Positions 16,701 through 28,200 of a DNA stretch of 56,163 nucleotides are shown here, in pieces. The stretch is from a virus (Duplodnaviria > Caudoviricetes): positions 1 to 56,163 of IMG/VR virus record IMGVR_UViG_3300030433_003430. The stretch is one strand, 5' to 3'. Under the pieces are notes generated by a model, which was not told the origin of the DNA, did no database searches, and worked only from the letters and a program-made list of their open reading frames with translations. Numbering within the stretch: position 1 is the stretch's first letter; each line of letters opens with the position of its first letter. Position numbers and translations under genes: made by a program.

Positions 16701-17167
16701 GATATCATGGCTAACCTATTTGACACAACATCTTTGCCATCTAAAAACATTTTTAACCTGCTAGCTTTTCTTGGCAAATTTAAAGTTTCTGGCTTAACTC
16801 CTACAGGATATAATTTACTCCATTGAGCAGATACATCATCAATTTTTACTGTATTTGCAATTGAAAATTCTCCACTATATTGAAGTGGTAGCTTTGTTCC
16901 ATATATGCCAGAAAGACCAGAGTCGTAATATCCTATTTGTCCTTTAGAAAAACTCCAAAATTTTCCAGTTGCTTGACGAAAAGGATCTACTGTTGTTACA
17001 AACTCTTGATCTTCATAAGAGCCCGGAGGAGCAGAGGAATTAATTTTTAACTGCAATTCTTCTTTGGAAATTTCATATGATTGGGGGTAGTATGCAGTAT
17101 CTTTAACAATTAATACATACTTTGTAGAATAATCATTTTTTAATCTATTGTTTAAAGAATTAGACAT
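13799..17167 (-). CDS. large hypothetical virion protein with FN3-like C-terminal segments
   Basis: 1122-aa ORF; YIDTQVKYEQNYEYTIYAY and YIDKV...KYYYTFRAIDVHGN..NPSPVY are FN3-like strand patterns. Confidence 0.55.
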   Translation of the reverse strand: MSNSLNNRLKNDYSTKYVLIVKDTAYYPQSYEISKEELQLKINSSAPPGSYEDQEFVTTVDPFRQATGKFWSFSKGQIGYYDSGLSGIYGTKLPLQYSGEFSIANTVKIDDVSAQWSKLYPVGVKPETLNLPRKASRLKMFLDGKDVVSNRLAMISLLTDMYTKNKKVSYQGNEVSLSFPKFSFGNFAGYNYKSTFSKKDIILPYWNISMEDAEKTVHALSDSAKEDLNNLKQSWDSESFVFLDAAIKNGKLNSFVSYTESLGMYKTYTTEYYKDSSIDMSIPMSTKAMGLTNEINKSDLFADIKPIYNFYSKLYEEGTSQETVETVVSSIDVSPFTEREMPNIYEVPLDKDGTPGILTDDPQSKYNFEYYGHRLLNCGFNPSRDDGFDKHNIIIDQTNKQYLEKYENIKTQFPFYVNLNFKRDSRIAFTEIFNESGITQRLIKTWISNIFNPQSGVALEPNVSKSAPLTSDFQGYYSVSDPDPEYSDLAALQNAAPICTTQYGRIYSIENYKNFYKVVPPAETEDKKNLGNDLVKESDSELYREFDLNSWLDNYIKFLSTLSAFDNTEETTAFEQEVIRPQEADPITKTFSQPQFLSKYSTEKNGLLDIIKAVKFMGKYRELVNQTARSYEQILNGDLAYDETLFYRIQKVAVDDNGIPRAVGPVKQNIWVPKPTNLETSDEVLKYIDTQVKYEQNYEYTIYAYRIVIGSKYGFQFENVTSNMDAYGENFKEYFSDVLQDAAKENYPKKKEFIYSPDSNAADPKRNVFFGQEDNSSAASQGTVSRMAMFDVVCEPDVKLLEVPFYKKVVAVSDSPALAPQIDMLPLKGEKNKIKINFMPTASGQEQEPIYMQPTDRLKFHKKRISQDRDLLKAYEGGTGLAFLLGLPPQFYVEPKLLFKSDDNLVEYEVYRMEEKPTSYGSFANTKRTTVDARKFSSYIDKVSHNKKYYYTFRAIDVHGNPTNPSPVYQLEMVENSGVVYPVISIFEFEPMELGLKTKSFKRYLKIDAEALQGLVNIEKSGLKDADSATEATNIELGIRENGIFTNDGTRKYKFRIRSKHTGKIIDLNVAFRKRAIKLKEEVIKCDGTVIAPSSDKVAEVKGVETNVANVSKKLNVGMDGT

Positions 17168-17183
17168 TTATGTAATTATCTCG

Positions 17184-20100
17184 CTAATATCCCTGCGAGC
17201 CTCCTCCAGTAAATAGATTAAAAGCCACATTTTGTGCTTGTTCTGTAGCAACTCCTTGCTGTGTGCTGACAGGGGGTGATCCTTTAGTGGTGTTGTTTAT
17301 AAGCTCTGAACTAGTTTTTGCTTTTTCGGTATTGTTGGATATACCCTTTAAAAAGAATAATTGCTTTTTAACGGATCCGCCGCCAAGGGGACCTCCAGAT
17401 ACTCCCGGTTCACCGGCTCCAGAACCTCCGATGGTAACAAAATCTCCTGCCCCTTGTTGACCAACGGCTGTGGTAAAAGGTGTCCCTTGTGTGCCAAATC
17501 CTGCACCGGTTCCCACATCAACGCCTCCGGCTGCGCCTCCGACAAAGCCAGTTAGTCCAAGCTCAGTTACCGCACCAGCATCAAGACCTGTGGCTATTCC
17601 AATACCGGCGGCTCCACCTTCAACGCCAACTAACGCCTCTGCCTCTTCCATTGTTTGCCCTCCGGGTAAAAACTCTTGCGAATCTGGCTCAAAGAATGGG
17701 CTAGAGTCAAACTCTCCCTGCGTTTCTGCGTCTTCGTTTAATTCAGGTTCTAAAATTGGCGGTACTCCAAAATCAATAATAAAATGTTGGTTATACATTG
17801 GCAATTTTAGTGCTTCATATTCTTTGATTCCGTACAAGTCTTTCTCATATGGTAAAAGTCTACATAAAACTTGACCGCTGGTTTGTGCTGCGGATACAAA
17901 TTGGTCTTGGCTTAGTTCTGCCCAAATTGGACTATTAATTTGAATATTACCATATGCATCAGATTCATACCCAACTAGAGCTTCTACTTTAACTAACTTT
18001 TTAAAGTTTAACAAAAAGAATGATAAGTATTCAGGAGTTTGATATAAAAGTTGACGTTCAGATATAATATTCTCAATGGGCGAGCTTGGATTTGTCCCAT
18101 AAACTTTATAAAAATCATTTTCATTGCCGATCTCTGTAAATATATACGGTCTTTTTTCTTTTAATTGATCTTTTAAGCTTTTAAACGATGGAGAACTGTA
18201 GTCTTTTGTAAAATCCAAATTAGATAATAGGCATTTTACATGATTTGGTGCCCTTTTTAATGGAGAATTTTCTATGACATAAGGGTCTAAACTAGCTGAA
18301 TCAACCAGTTGTAGAGCGGAAAGAAGCGTCCAAGCTTGATATTCATCCCATCCAAAATTTAAAACATAATACGCCCAAGACCATATTTCATCACTCAATA
18401 TATCAAACGTGTTTTGAAGCATTGTTGTCAAGAGCATATTCGTCGGATCAACATTGGTATCAAATATATCTTTTTCCACCAACTGTGTTACTTGACTTAA
18501 AGACCCCGGAATCAACTGATCTAATGGCTTTACAGTTGTTTGCCTGTTGTTGAAAATGGTTAATAAATCATATTTGGCTTCGTTTGTTATGCTTGGCTTT
18601 ATAATTTGATCTGTCGCAAGCCCTTCATCAAAACCAACACCAGTTGCAACGCCGAAATCTTTTGGAAAATCAAATTTTTGACTAGCGATTGTATTTTCTT
18701 TTATTATGTTTAACATCACATTATTTATATCAGAAACGTCTGTTCTTAATAAACCACTGTTCAGCATGTTTTGAGATTCACTTTTCGCAAAGTTTATGAT
18801 TGATGGAGACAAATACGAGTTTCTTGAATACTGTATGTTGTCTTCTGGGTTCAATATTGGTCCTTGTTTGGCCGATATTTGACTTGGACTTAATTCGTTT
18901 TCTTCAAATTGAGATACTTGAAGTGGGTGCTTTGGTATTGATATGTCGTAATCAGACAAAGTAGAAAATAGCTTTAAGGTTTCTAGCCTAGTTCTATCAT
19001 CCCAAATAGGTCTGGAAATTCTCTTTAAACCTAATATTGGAGCAGAGTCTTCTTCAGTTGTTGAAGATGTTGATAAATAATCATACCCAGTCAGATGATT
19101 AATATCTCCTTCTACTTTAACCTTAAAGTGTTTTGATATTGTAAAGTGCCTTCTTGGATTAGAACCAGCAGCCAAATAAACTGATTGCCCTTTTCCGTCT
19201 GCGCCAACCTGTGGGGCGTCTACTGGTTTCTTATACTTTGAAACAGAAGAAAATATATTTAGTATTTTTTTATAAGTTGTTTCTAAAATCTGATACACTT
19301 TCAGGGCACCACTAGGATTTCCAAAGTTTGTCCCCGAAATAGATCCCAAAAAATTATATAGACCATAAATGTTTTCATCAAACTCTGTAAAAGAACTTAA
19401 AACATTAAAAAAATCAAATACTTTATTGTATGTAAACCCGCCGGGGTACTCTGAATTTAGATAATCAATTCCTTCAGAATTAAACCTGTTAGTATAAACA
19501 TTAAAATATTTTGGATTTGATGTAGCATCGTTAACGTAATCTAAAAGACCGCTTTTTTCTACAGAAGGTGTTCCGTAAAGTATTGTCTCTAAAATTGAAA
19601 TTTTTTCTGACATCCATTCTATGATTGGATCTTTTATTTCTATTTCAACAGAAAAACTATAGTCTCCGTCATTTGGCGTCTTTAAATCTGTTCCTGTAAA
19701 AAACCTCACGTTATAATCCATAGGCATTTCAGATAAGCCTAATGAAATTTGTGATATTGTTCCCACCGTTTCATTCTTTTCCTGATTTGATGCCTGAATA
19801 AGCACCCCATCATCTGAGTCTGTAGTTGAAACAACTAGCTTTGGCACATCATTCTCTACAGATTCATAAAGATCTACTGTTTTATCTGCGACGTTTTCTT
19901 TGTAAATTCTATGCCTATACACTTTTAAGCTATTAATTAATTTTTGATTTAGCAGGATATTTGCTTCTTCCGGATCTTCAAAAATATAATCTATCAATTT
20001 TGGAAAAGCAGAGTGGCTTTTGATAGCCTCTTTCATGTCTAAAGAAAAAAAGTACCTTGTATTTCCGGACCCATCCATAGCAAGATACATATCGCCAAAA

Positions 20101-21263
20101 TTAGCTTTGTTTTTGGATGCAGTTAAAGTTTTTGCTAAAAGCTTTTCATATTCTTCCGTACCATATGGATTGTTGGCAGCATCATCCTCTAATAATCCTT
20201 TTAAATTATCAGTTAATTTTTCAGTTGTTTTCTGATTAAACCAAGAGTTTGAAAACAAAGAATAGTCATAATTTAGTTGTTCTATATTTTTTACTTCTCT
20301 ATAATCTTGTATGATTCCATTTAAAACTGTTTGTTCAGTTAAAAAAGGACCCATTTCTAGAGGATTTCCCGGTGGGCCAGCCATATATCCTATATATCCG
20401 TTAGGACCGGGATTGGCATTGCCATGATAATGCACCTCTCCTGTCCAAATTTTGGCATTTTCTAAAGTTTCTAGCGGGACTGGGTTTCCGTTTACATCTG
20501 TTTCGGTTACATAAAATATTTGTGCGAAGTTATTTACAGTGCCATTTTGTATCACAGGTAAAATATTTACTTGTCCCATTGTTAGATTTTCTACTATTGA
20601 CGAAGGAAGATTTACAAAATCATTAAATGGACCTTCGTCTAGAAATATTTGTTGTGCGTCAATATATGCATGAGTAAAATAAGATAAATTTTCTACGGTT
20701 ATTCCGCCTTGTTCGGTTGGTATTTCAAAAACTAACTTATAAGGGAACACATATATTTTATTACCGCTAGAATCAAATTTTGTTTCAATTTGGCGACCTT
20801 CATTGGTAAACTGGTCTCCGTCTAACTCTTCTAAATTGCCCTCAAACCCTGAAAATTCTAAGTCTTTTACAATTACTCCGGGTATGTTTGAGACGCCGCC
20901 GAAAAAAGAACTTGCATCAATTACTCCCCCTTGCTTAAGATAATTAAAAGTATCGTTTGTTATGGCGAGTGTTTGTGCAGGATCTGTGCTTTGAACAACC
21001 CTAATTTTTAGATACTTTGTAAAATCATCTTTAAAAAACATTGAGTATATGTTTCCAGCGCTTTGATCAAAGCCTACCTCTACAGACAAGATAATTTCTA
21101 CTTGCATCCTGTCGGGGCTAGACGCACCAAATGCATCAGATGGATTTGGCAATGCTTCGTCATTAATATGTGGTTCGTTTGTAAGCTTAACTAAATCTTG
21201 ACCACCATCTAGCTTAACACTAAGAAAATTAATTTTTGGTAATAAAAATCCTGCTGTTGCCAT
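17184..21263 (-). CDS. large hypothetical virion protein with Gly-rich C-terminal tail
   Basis: About 1359 aa; start 21263 (TAATG coupling); located in the structural module. Confidence 0.55.
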   Translation of the reverse strand: MATAGFLLPKINFLSVKLDGGQDLVKLTNEPHINDEALPNPSDAFGASSPDRMQVEIILSVEVGFDQSAGNIYSMFFKDDFTKYLKIRVVQSTDPAQTLAITNDTFNYLKQGGVIDASSFFGGVSNIPGVIVKDLEFSGFEGNLEELDGDQFTNEGRQIETKFDSSGNKIYVFPYKLVFEIPTEQGGITVENLSYFTHAYIDAQQIFLDEGPFNDFVNLPSSIVENLTMGQVNILPVIQNGTVNNFAQIFYVTETDVNGNPVPLETLENAKIWTGEVHYHGNANPGPNGYIGYMAGPPGNPLEMGPFLTEQTVLNGIIQDYREVKNIEQLNYDYSLFSNSWFNQKTTEKLTDNLKGLLEDDAANNPYGTEEYEKLLAKTLTASKNKANFGDMYLAMDGSGNTRYFFSLDMKEAIKSHSAFPKLIDYIFEDPEEANILLNQKLINSLKVYRHRIYKENVADKTVDLYESVENDVPKLVVSTTDSDDGVLIQASNQEKNETVGTISQISLGLSEMPMDYNVRFFTGTDLKTPNDGDYSFSVEIEIKDPIIEWMSEKISILETILYGTPSVEKSGLLDYVNDATSNPKYFNVYTNRFNSEGIDYLNSEYPGGFTYNKVFDFFNVLSSFTEFDENIYGLYNFLGSISGTNFGNPSGALKVYQILETTYKKILNIFSSVSKYKKPVDAPQVGADGKGQSVYLAAGSNPRRHFTISKHFKVKVEGDINHLTGYDYLSTSSTTEEDSAPILGLKRISRPIWDDRTRLETLKLFSTLSDYDISIPKHPLQVSQFEENELSPSQISAKQGPILNPEDNIQYSRNSYLSPSIINFAKSESQNMLNSGLLRTDVSDINNVMLNIIKENTIASQKFDFPKDFGVATGVGFDEGLATDQIIKPSITNEAKYDLLTIFNNRQTTVKPLDQLIPGSLSQVTQLVEKDIFDTNVDPTNMLLTTMLQNTFDILSDEIWSWAYYVLNFGWDEYQAWTLLSALQLVDSASLDPYVIENSPLKRAPNHVKCLLSNLDFTKDYSSPSFKSLKDQLKEKRPYIFTEIGNENDFYKVYGTNPSSPIENIISERQLLYQTPEYLSFFLLNFKKLVKVEALVGYESDAYGNIQINSPIWAELSQDQFVSAAQTSGQVLCRLLPYEKDLYGIKEYEALKLPMYNQHFIIDFGVPPILEPELNEDAETQGEFDSSPFFEPDSQEFLPGGQTMEEAEALVGVEGGAAGIGIATGLDAGAVTELGLTGFVGGAAGGVDVGTGAGFGTQGTPFTTAVGQQGAGDFVTIGGSGAGEPGVSGGPLGGGSVKKQLFFLKGISNNTEKAKTSSELINNTTKGSPPVSTQQGVATEQAQNVAFNLFTGGGSQGY

Positions 21264-22219
21264 TAACAAGGCTCCTCTTCATTCTTTGGTGTTTTGCTGT
21301 AAATATCTGTTGTAATATTTGCTTGCAAATCATCTGCTATTTCATCGTCAACTCTTACATCAAAATAGTATTCAACATTGCTATCATTTAGTTCAATCTT
21401 TTTCTCCAAATCGCCTGAGTAGTATATTTCATTAACCACTTTCTCGCCATTAACAAAATATAAAGGCTCTAGAGTTTCTGTTATTTTATTTGTATCTGGT
21501 TCAGTAGTTATTTGATACACCTCTATTTCAAAGTTTTCGTTTTCAAAAAGTGCATTGTGTTCTCTGAAATCAATTAAAATATAATCTTTTGTTATCTCAA
21601 TATAATCCCCATTGGGAAATTTTGTAACATTAACATTTTGTATAATATTTTCTGTGCCTTTTACCTGTTTAACTTCTGTATCATAAAATGTCTGTACTTC
21701 TAATTGGGGTATCTTTAACAGACCTGATGAGCCTGTATATTCTGCGTTTGATCCTGTTATGGTGCCATGTAAAAGTTTTAATTCCCATGCTGGGTTTTTA
21801 TCAGAATTGTACTCACTCGTGCCCATGGGGATTCCCATGCTATAATAATTATCTATAGAATTGGGCGCTTTAGATAAGGCTTCTACCTTCTGCTCTTGAG
21901 TTAATTCAATTTGTTGAACCTTGTCTAAAAAAGGATTAAAAACATTTTTGACTTCAGACAGCTTGTGTATATTCGTTTCTATGCCTCCAAAGTTATGTTG
22001 AACTTTTGGTCTGACAGCTTGCCTAATTCTATCTGATGATTTTGTAGAATTTTCTAACTTATTACTGCTTCCACCAGAGGAATACTGATTGTCGTATATA
22101 ACATCATCATCAAAAAAAGCATAGTAAGCAGGGCTTAATGCACCACGAGAGAGCAAATGTTTTCCATATTGCGTCAATTGCAACTCTAATACTTCTTCTT
22201 TTTTATTAAAAAAACTCAT
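21263..22219 (-). CDS. virion/baseplate structural protein (N-terminus related to 12723..13706)
   Basis: Likely start MSFFNKKEEV; LQLTQYGKHLL...YYAFFDDDVIYD. Confidence 0.55.
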   Translation of the reverse strand: MSFFNKKEEVLELQLTQYGKHLLSRGALSPAYYAFFDDDVIYDNQYSSGGSSNKLENSTKSSDRIRQAVRPKVQHNFGGIETNIHKLSEVKNVFNPFLDKVQQIELTQEQKVEALSKAPNSIDNYYSMGIPMGTSEYNSDKNPAWELKLLHGTITGSNAEYTGSSGLLKIPQLEVQTFYDTEVKQVKGTENIIQNVNVTKFPNGDYIEITKDYILIDFREHNALFENENFEIEVYQITTEPDTNKITETLEPLYFVNGEKVVNEIYYSGDLEKKIELNDSNVEYYFDVRVDDEIADDLQANITTDIYSKTPKNEEEPC

Positions 22220-22257
22220 TACTTTAAATATGCTTTTGCACAAAAATATAATTTATA

Positions 22258-25200
22258 TTACTGCTTTATATCTTGCTGTGTTAGATTTCCTACATTTATT
22301 TTATTTTTTGACTCTTCGGTGCCGACCGTGCTAACGTTTCTTTTGTCAGCATATTCTCTTTTTACTCTATCTTCCAGATTTGGCTCTCCAGTTGTTGTTG
22401 GACCCGGAACAGGTCCAGATGGATTTGGACCCGCAAAGTTTGCAATACTATTGGGCTCAAAAGAAATTTCTGGTTCAATTTTTGCTAATTCTACCAAAGA
22501 GAAAAAGTCATACGGCCAATTATAACTATAAGTTAGTTGGTCCCCAGTTTCAAGCAGGTTTCCATCTGGGTTTAGTTCGCTTAACCCGAATCCCTTTTGT
22601 GCGTCTTGAGTAATTGACATACCAAAGTAATTGTTTTTTGCTCTCTGCTTTACTTTGAAGACTTGCCATCTTAATTTTGGTGGAAATATAGAAACATCTA
22701 AAACATTTTTAGGATTAATTGAATTAATGTCTTTACCAAAAAATTCTAGACCGGGACCAGTTAATACTGGATGTTCAATTGTTGCCTCTGCCTGTTCCGC
22801 TGTGACTGATATATCTGGCATCATATTTTGCCATATTAAAGATAAATCTTTTTTAGATAATTCATGTGAGAATTCAAATATATACATAACAAATGGATCT
22901 ACATTAGCATTGTTTAAGAAATCCATATGAGGTGGAATGACATATTTTTTCATCTTTTTTATCATGTCTGTTATAGATGTGTCTTGTATCTTAACAGGAG
23001 AGCCTAGCTCACCGGCATCTACAGCAAATCCTTTTGTTTCTAGGTTGTTTTTTTGCACATTAAACGCATCCTGATCAATCAATATCGGAGTGTCGTCTGT
23101 TAATATTGGTATTGCAATAATCGCCTCAGATACAACTTTAGAAGATGCTAAAGTGCCCACACGCTTTGTTTCTGTTTCAAAACCACAAATGTCTTTTAAC
23201 GATCCGTATCTTGGTATGCTTTTTGTCTCGCCAGTTACATCAGTAAATTCAAGCCTTGCAGACAGTCTTTGTGTTAATGGATCTGTTACTCCACCACGAA
23301 CGGTTGGGTCTAGACTGCCTTCTATATCCGCATCGGTTGCCTCCGAAGCCTGTGGGTATGATTCACGAATTTCCATAAAGATACCCTCTTTAACTTCAGG
23401 TATTTTACCAAACGTTCTCCACGGACCAGTGGTTGCATCTCTCTCTTCTGCTACAGCATTGATAATTGATCCAACAGAGATATCATGGTCACTGTAATCT
23501 AAAGTCGGACATTCAAATTTAGATTCAATAACCCATACATCCTGATTACTGTCTTGTGCACTAGTCACTGCTTTTTTTAGATAAGTTATATCCCCACCAG
23601 CACCAACAACTGGCTCGTATGAATTAAATTTAATTCCTGTTCTATTGAACAAATTGACAGACGATGCTACGCTCATTTGATTTTTGAATGCAGCAGAGGC
23701 TGTATTTACTTGCGATGCTTGAGAGCCAGCAAAAACGTTATTTGAATTTTCATTTTCATTAAAATATTTTGTTTCTATCTCTGCTGCGGAAAATATTTCT
23801 GATAAGGTGAATTTGTCTGCTTCACCAATGCCCATATTTTCTCTTAAAGCATGAGGTCTGAATTTTATTCTTGCTACAGAAGTACCATAAAAATATGGAG
23901 GAGTATACGGCGCTGGACTTGGGTCTTCCATCTGTTGCAAAATAGATATCTGCTCTGTATGCATTTGATCTTCTAGCTTTCTTGATGCAAAATTTGGTCC
24001 GTAGTGCATTCCTCTAACTGAAACAGATGAGGTGTGCTGTATGTTTGATGATGTTGCAAAAGAAGACACCTTGTATACATTTTCAGGACCCTCATACATT
24101 TTAAAATTGTCTGTTTTTCTAAGGACTACATCCATTGTGTATATCGTGCCAGATACCATTGTTTTAAAATCCTTCTCTTGCTTTGAAACAAAAGAGGTTA
24201 CTTTTTGATTTTCTAAGAAAAAGTCAACAGTTTCTGCCAAAAAGTTATGCATCGCTAAATTATATTTGTTGTCATAATCGCCTTTCCATGCAAAGTTTGG
24301 TGTAGGTCTATCGTAACCAGCATCCTGATACCATGTTTTGTATTCCTCCCCTAATTTTCGTGTGAATCTTTTTGCCTGATTGCTTTGTTGCAAGCTTGCA
24401 TTGGAATAATTTGGCCACATGTGATATATAAATGGCTTCGGCTTGTCTTCTAGCGCAAGAGAAAAGTTTTCTGCTTTGAATTTTGGAAGAAATTTGTTTG
24501 GACTTAGCACTGCATCAAATGGCATTCTCCAGTCAGGATCAAAATTACACATGCCAGCAGCACGATATCCATAAATAGAAGCAGATCCAGTTGATATATC
24601 AAGGGGATTTTTGCTCTCAATTGATCCAGTGATCACAGGCCAGTCAACTGCTATACCAGATTTTATGGTATTAAACATAATTCCGGGGGCAAAGAAGGGT
24701 TGTATTAAAGATGATAGTTGCTGCCTTTCTTGATCCCCATCAATGCTTGACTTTGTATCGTAACTCCCTGTTAAATTTTCCGCATATGAAGCGGAAAACA
24801 TTTGTCCAAGCTGAACGGTTCTAGTTACCGGATAGAATCCTTGATATGGAAGTAACTTTTTAATTCCTTTACAACTAATCTTTATTCTAGCGGGTACTAA
24901 CACATTATTATCTGTTGACACAGGTGTGCTTACGTGATCTGTTCTAAGAACTTCAAAGTGCTTCATGAAGTCAGAGTGCGAATATATTCTATAGAATTCT
25001 TCATTTAACGATGTAGAATCCTCTGAAGTTGCACTTGATGTATTTGAGGTACTAGAACCAATTAGATCTAAGTATTTACTATTTTTAGATTTAAATCCAT
25101 TTCCTTCTTTGAGGTAGTAATCCATGTGATCTGTTATTCTAAACTCTGGAATTACAGTATAGTCTTTCCCAATTCTTCTAATGTCGTTTGAGTATTCATC

Positions 25201-28200
25201 ATATGAATTAAACCAAGGATTTCTACTAGAAGTTAAGTTTGCTGTCCAATTAGGAACAAGACCTAAGTGCGAAAGAGTGTAAGGCAAACTTGTTTGATTA
25301 GGGTCATTTCCAGACAATGCAAAGTTTGGATATTCGTAACTTAAAGATGCAGTGGTTGGTGATGTGCCACCCAAAGTTGATGGCTCAGAAGCTGCATGTC
25401 CCTGAATTGGTACTCTATAAAGGTTGTAAATCCAGTTATTGTATGACAACTCTCCATTTAGAGTCCTAAGATTAATATCTGTTGGTAACCTATACGACCC
25501 CTCCCCTTGTCCATCTTCTGTTGCGCCCTGTAAAGTTCCACCTGCTCCTGTTGGCGCAATATCAACCATCGGATAATGTGCATCAAGAGGCCAACAACTT
25601 AAATCAAGAACGCCTTCATAAGAAGTTTCTCTAAATGAACCACCGTCAATTATAATCCCCATTGAATTTTTTGCAATACCTATAGATCTCAATCTATTTG
25701 TAGAGTAATCTTTCCAAAAAGTTCTCGCTTTTCCTAATGATCTATTAAAATCTGCGGATCCGCTGGCCTCATCATAATTTTCACGCATTCTTGTTTTTGC
25801 CAAAAATGTAAAAGATTCTTTTGGATATACTGTTTCTCTATATTTAAACTGTCCAACTTGTCTAATTGGGTTTGAACCTGCTTTAGGTCCATCTAATTCA
25901 TTATTGATGTATATTCTTTTTAAGTCATCATAGACCTGTTTTGGTAGTTCTAATGGCTGAAACCCTATTGTTTTTGTAAGACTATCAAAAACACCTGCAA
26001 CTCCAAGAGTATTCGTCATAGTAAAGTATGCTAAATTATTTCCATAACTACTTTCCAGAACAACTTGCGGACCTCCAAAACCATTTTCAGAATCGTAGTT
26101 CCACATATTAATCCTATGATACAAAGGCTTATATTTAGAACTTACCATTGGCTCTGTATAAGAAAATAATTTTTCTTCTTCTACATTTCTTGATATCGTT
26201 ATATTTTTGTTTAATATTATATTAAAAACTGTCTCTGTGGTTAATGTATCTTGTGTTCTAACAAATGAGAGTCTGTTGTTTCTTCTCATGTCTTTAACAA
26301 TAGGATTATCACCTTGCCTAAGTTGCTTCCAAGAAGAAAATCCACCTGCGCCATTATTTGCCAATAGTTGCAAATTTAATCCTTGAGGTGGGACTGCGCC
26401 TCCGACAGCCCCGTTAACAAGTGTTGCTCCTACAAAATCTGTATTAAAATTTAAAGAAATTGTATTTTCACTTATTTGAGATGGATCAGGAAAAGCAAAA
26501 TTATTAAAAGGAACAAACGGCTGGGGGTAAAAATTTGCTCCTGCTTGGTCTTGTGGGCGACCAAGCACGGGCTTGCCACTTGGCAATACCGATGTATCTA
26601 TAAAGGTACCAAAATCACTTGCACTAACAAAAGTAATGTCTGTTGATGCCAAAGAAGCATTTGATCCATTTGGTTGCTCATATCCAAAAATAGACGATAT
26701 GGCAGACGCTGTTATCCACGAGTACTGCATGTCGCTTCTTGGTATCATATGTTGAACAAAAGCATTATCAAACACAGATGATGTAACGACATCTAATCCC
26801 AATCCATCGTGTGACCCAATATCAGGTTTGCCATTAATATTTAATTTTTTCGCTCCATTTCTAGGAGTTTTGTGAAAAGAAGCCGAAGGTTGTCCAAATT
26901 CGCTATCATACCCTCCAAATGCTGCGTGTTTAGTCAATAAGCTTCTAAGAGGAGAGCGGACAGATAAGTTTCTAAATGGCAAAGCATTATAGACAGAAAA
27001 ACTTTCTGATTCTACATCCAGATATCCAGCACCCATTGTTTCTGGTCCTCCGGGAGCGGAGAATTTATTAACAAAAACGTACTTGTTTTTTCCACGGTCT
27101 GGGATTGTTCTGTCGTATAATCCGCTTACAAATGTTGATTCTGTAGACCCAGTTCCTATTCCTGAGTTTTCAATGAAATATTTGTTATTTATAGACCTTC
27201 CCGGTATTTGAACAATTTCATAATCATGAGTGTAGTTTCCTAAAGGAATAGTTGCCCCAGTGTCATCTGTAATTCCAGAACCGGGATCATTAGAGCTAGT
27301 TATGGTTTTTATATTTTTAATGTTAACAGAACTTTTAGCAATAAGATCTCTAGAGTAACCAGCTCTAGGATGTGCAGAGTTTATACTACTTGGATTATAA
27401 ATAACAAAATATGTGGATCCACCAACAGTAGATGTCGTTGTATGCCAACCTTCTCTTCTCCCACCATATCCGGGTGCAACTCCAGCGTTTAAACCAGAAT
27501 GTCTATATTGATATCCGCCCACATGAGCTTGTGTAAATGGACCTTGAGCAGGGACATCTTTTGTCTCTGAGTAATAATCAAGAAGGTGTTGGCTGGTTTT
27601 AAAGTATCCTGTTGGATCGGTATTTTGATCACCTATAGAGGAACTATAAAAAGTAACCGGGGAGTTCATTCTTCCCAAATATGAAGAACCTTCTTCTGCT
27701 CCGGGCTCAATTTTAAACTGTGGTTTGAATTTAAATTGAGGATTTATCTTTGTCGTGTCATTGCATGTTACAGGCTTGCTAAAAGTTGAAGTATTAAATT
27801 TTATATTTTCATCTGTAACAGGGGGAGTTTCAGCAAAAATAAACTGTCTCTTGTTTAATGATTGCCTAAGACCCATATTGTCTGCTTTTAATCTGATTGT
27901 AGTGTCAAGCTTTCTATTCAAAACTTGAACAGATGCAGAGTGTATAAACTTCCTGTCGTTGTCTACATTGTCGTCTCCAGACCATAAGCCATCAGTAGTT
28001 CTTATCGCTCTCTTTTTCCACCACAAACAATTATCTTGCTGTTTTCCAGAAATTGGAGCGTGACCAAATTCCCAATCATAAAGCATTTCATTAATGCCTC
28101 TGGCAGCATCTTCTAAGACTCCGACCTTACTTTCAACAGTTGGGAACTTTGTTTGATACTTGCCAGCACGATCAAGCATGTGGCTTTCAACAACATTGGT

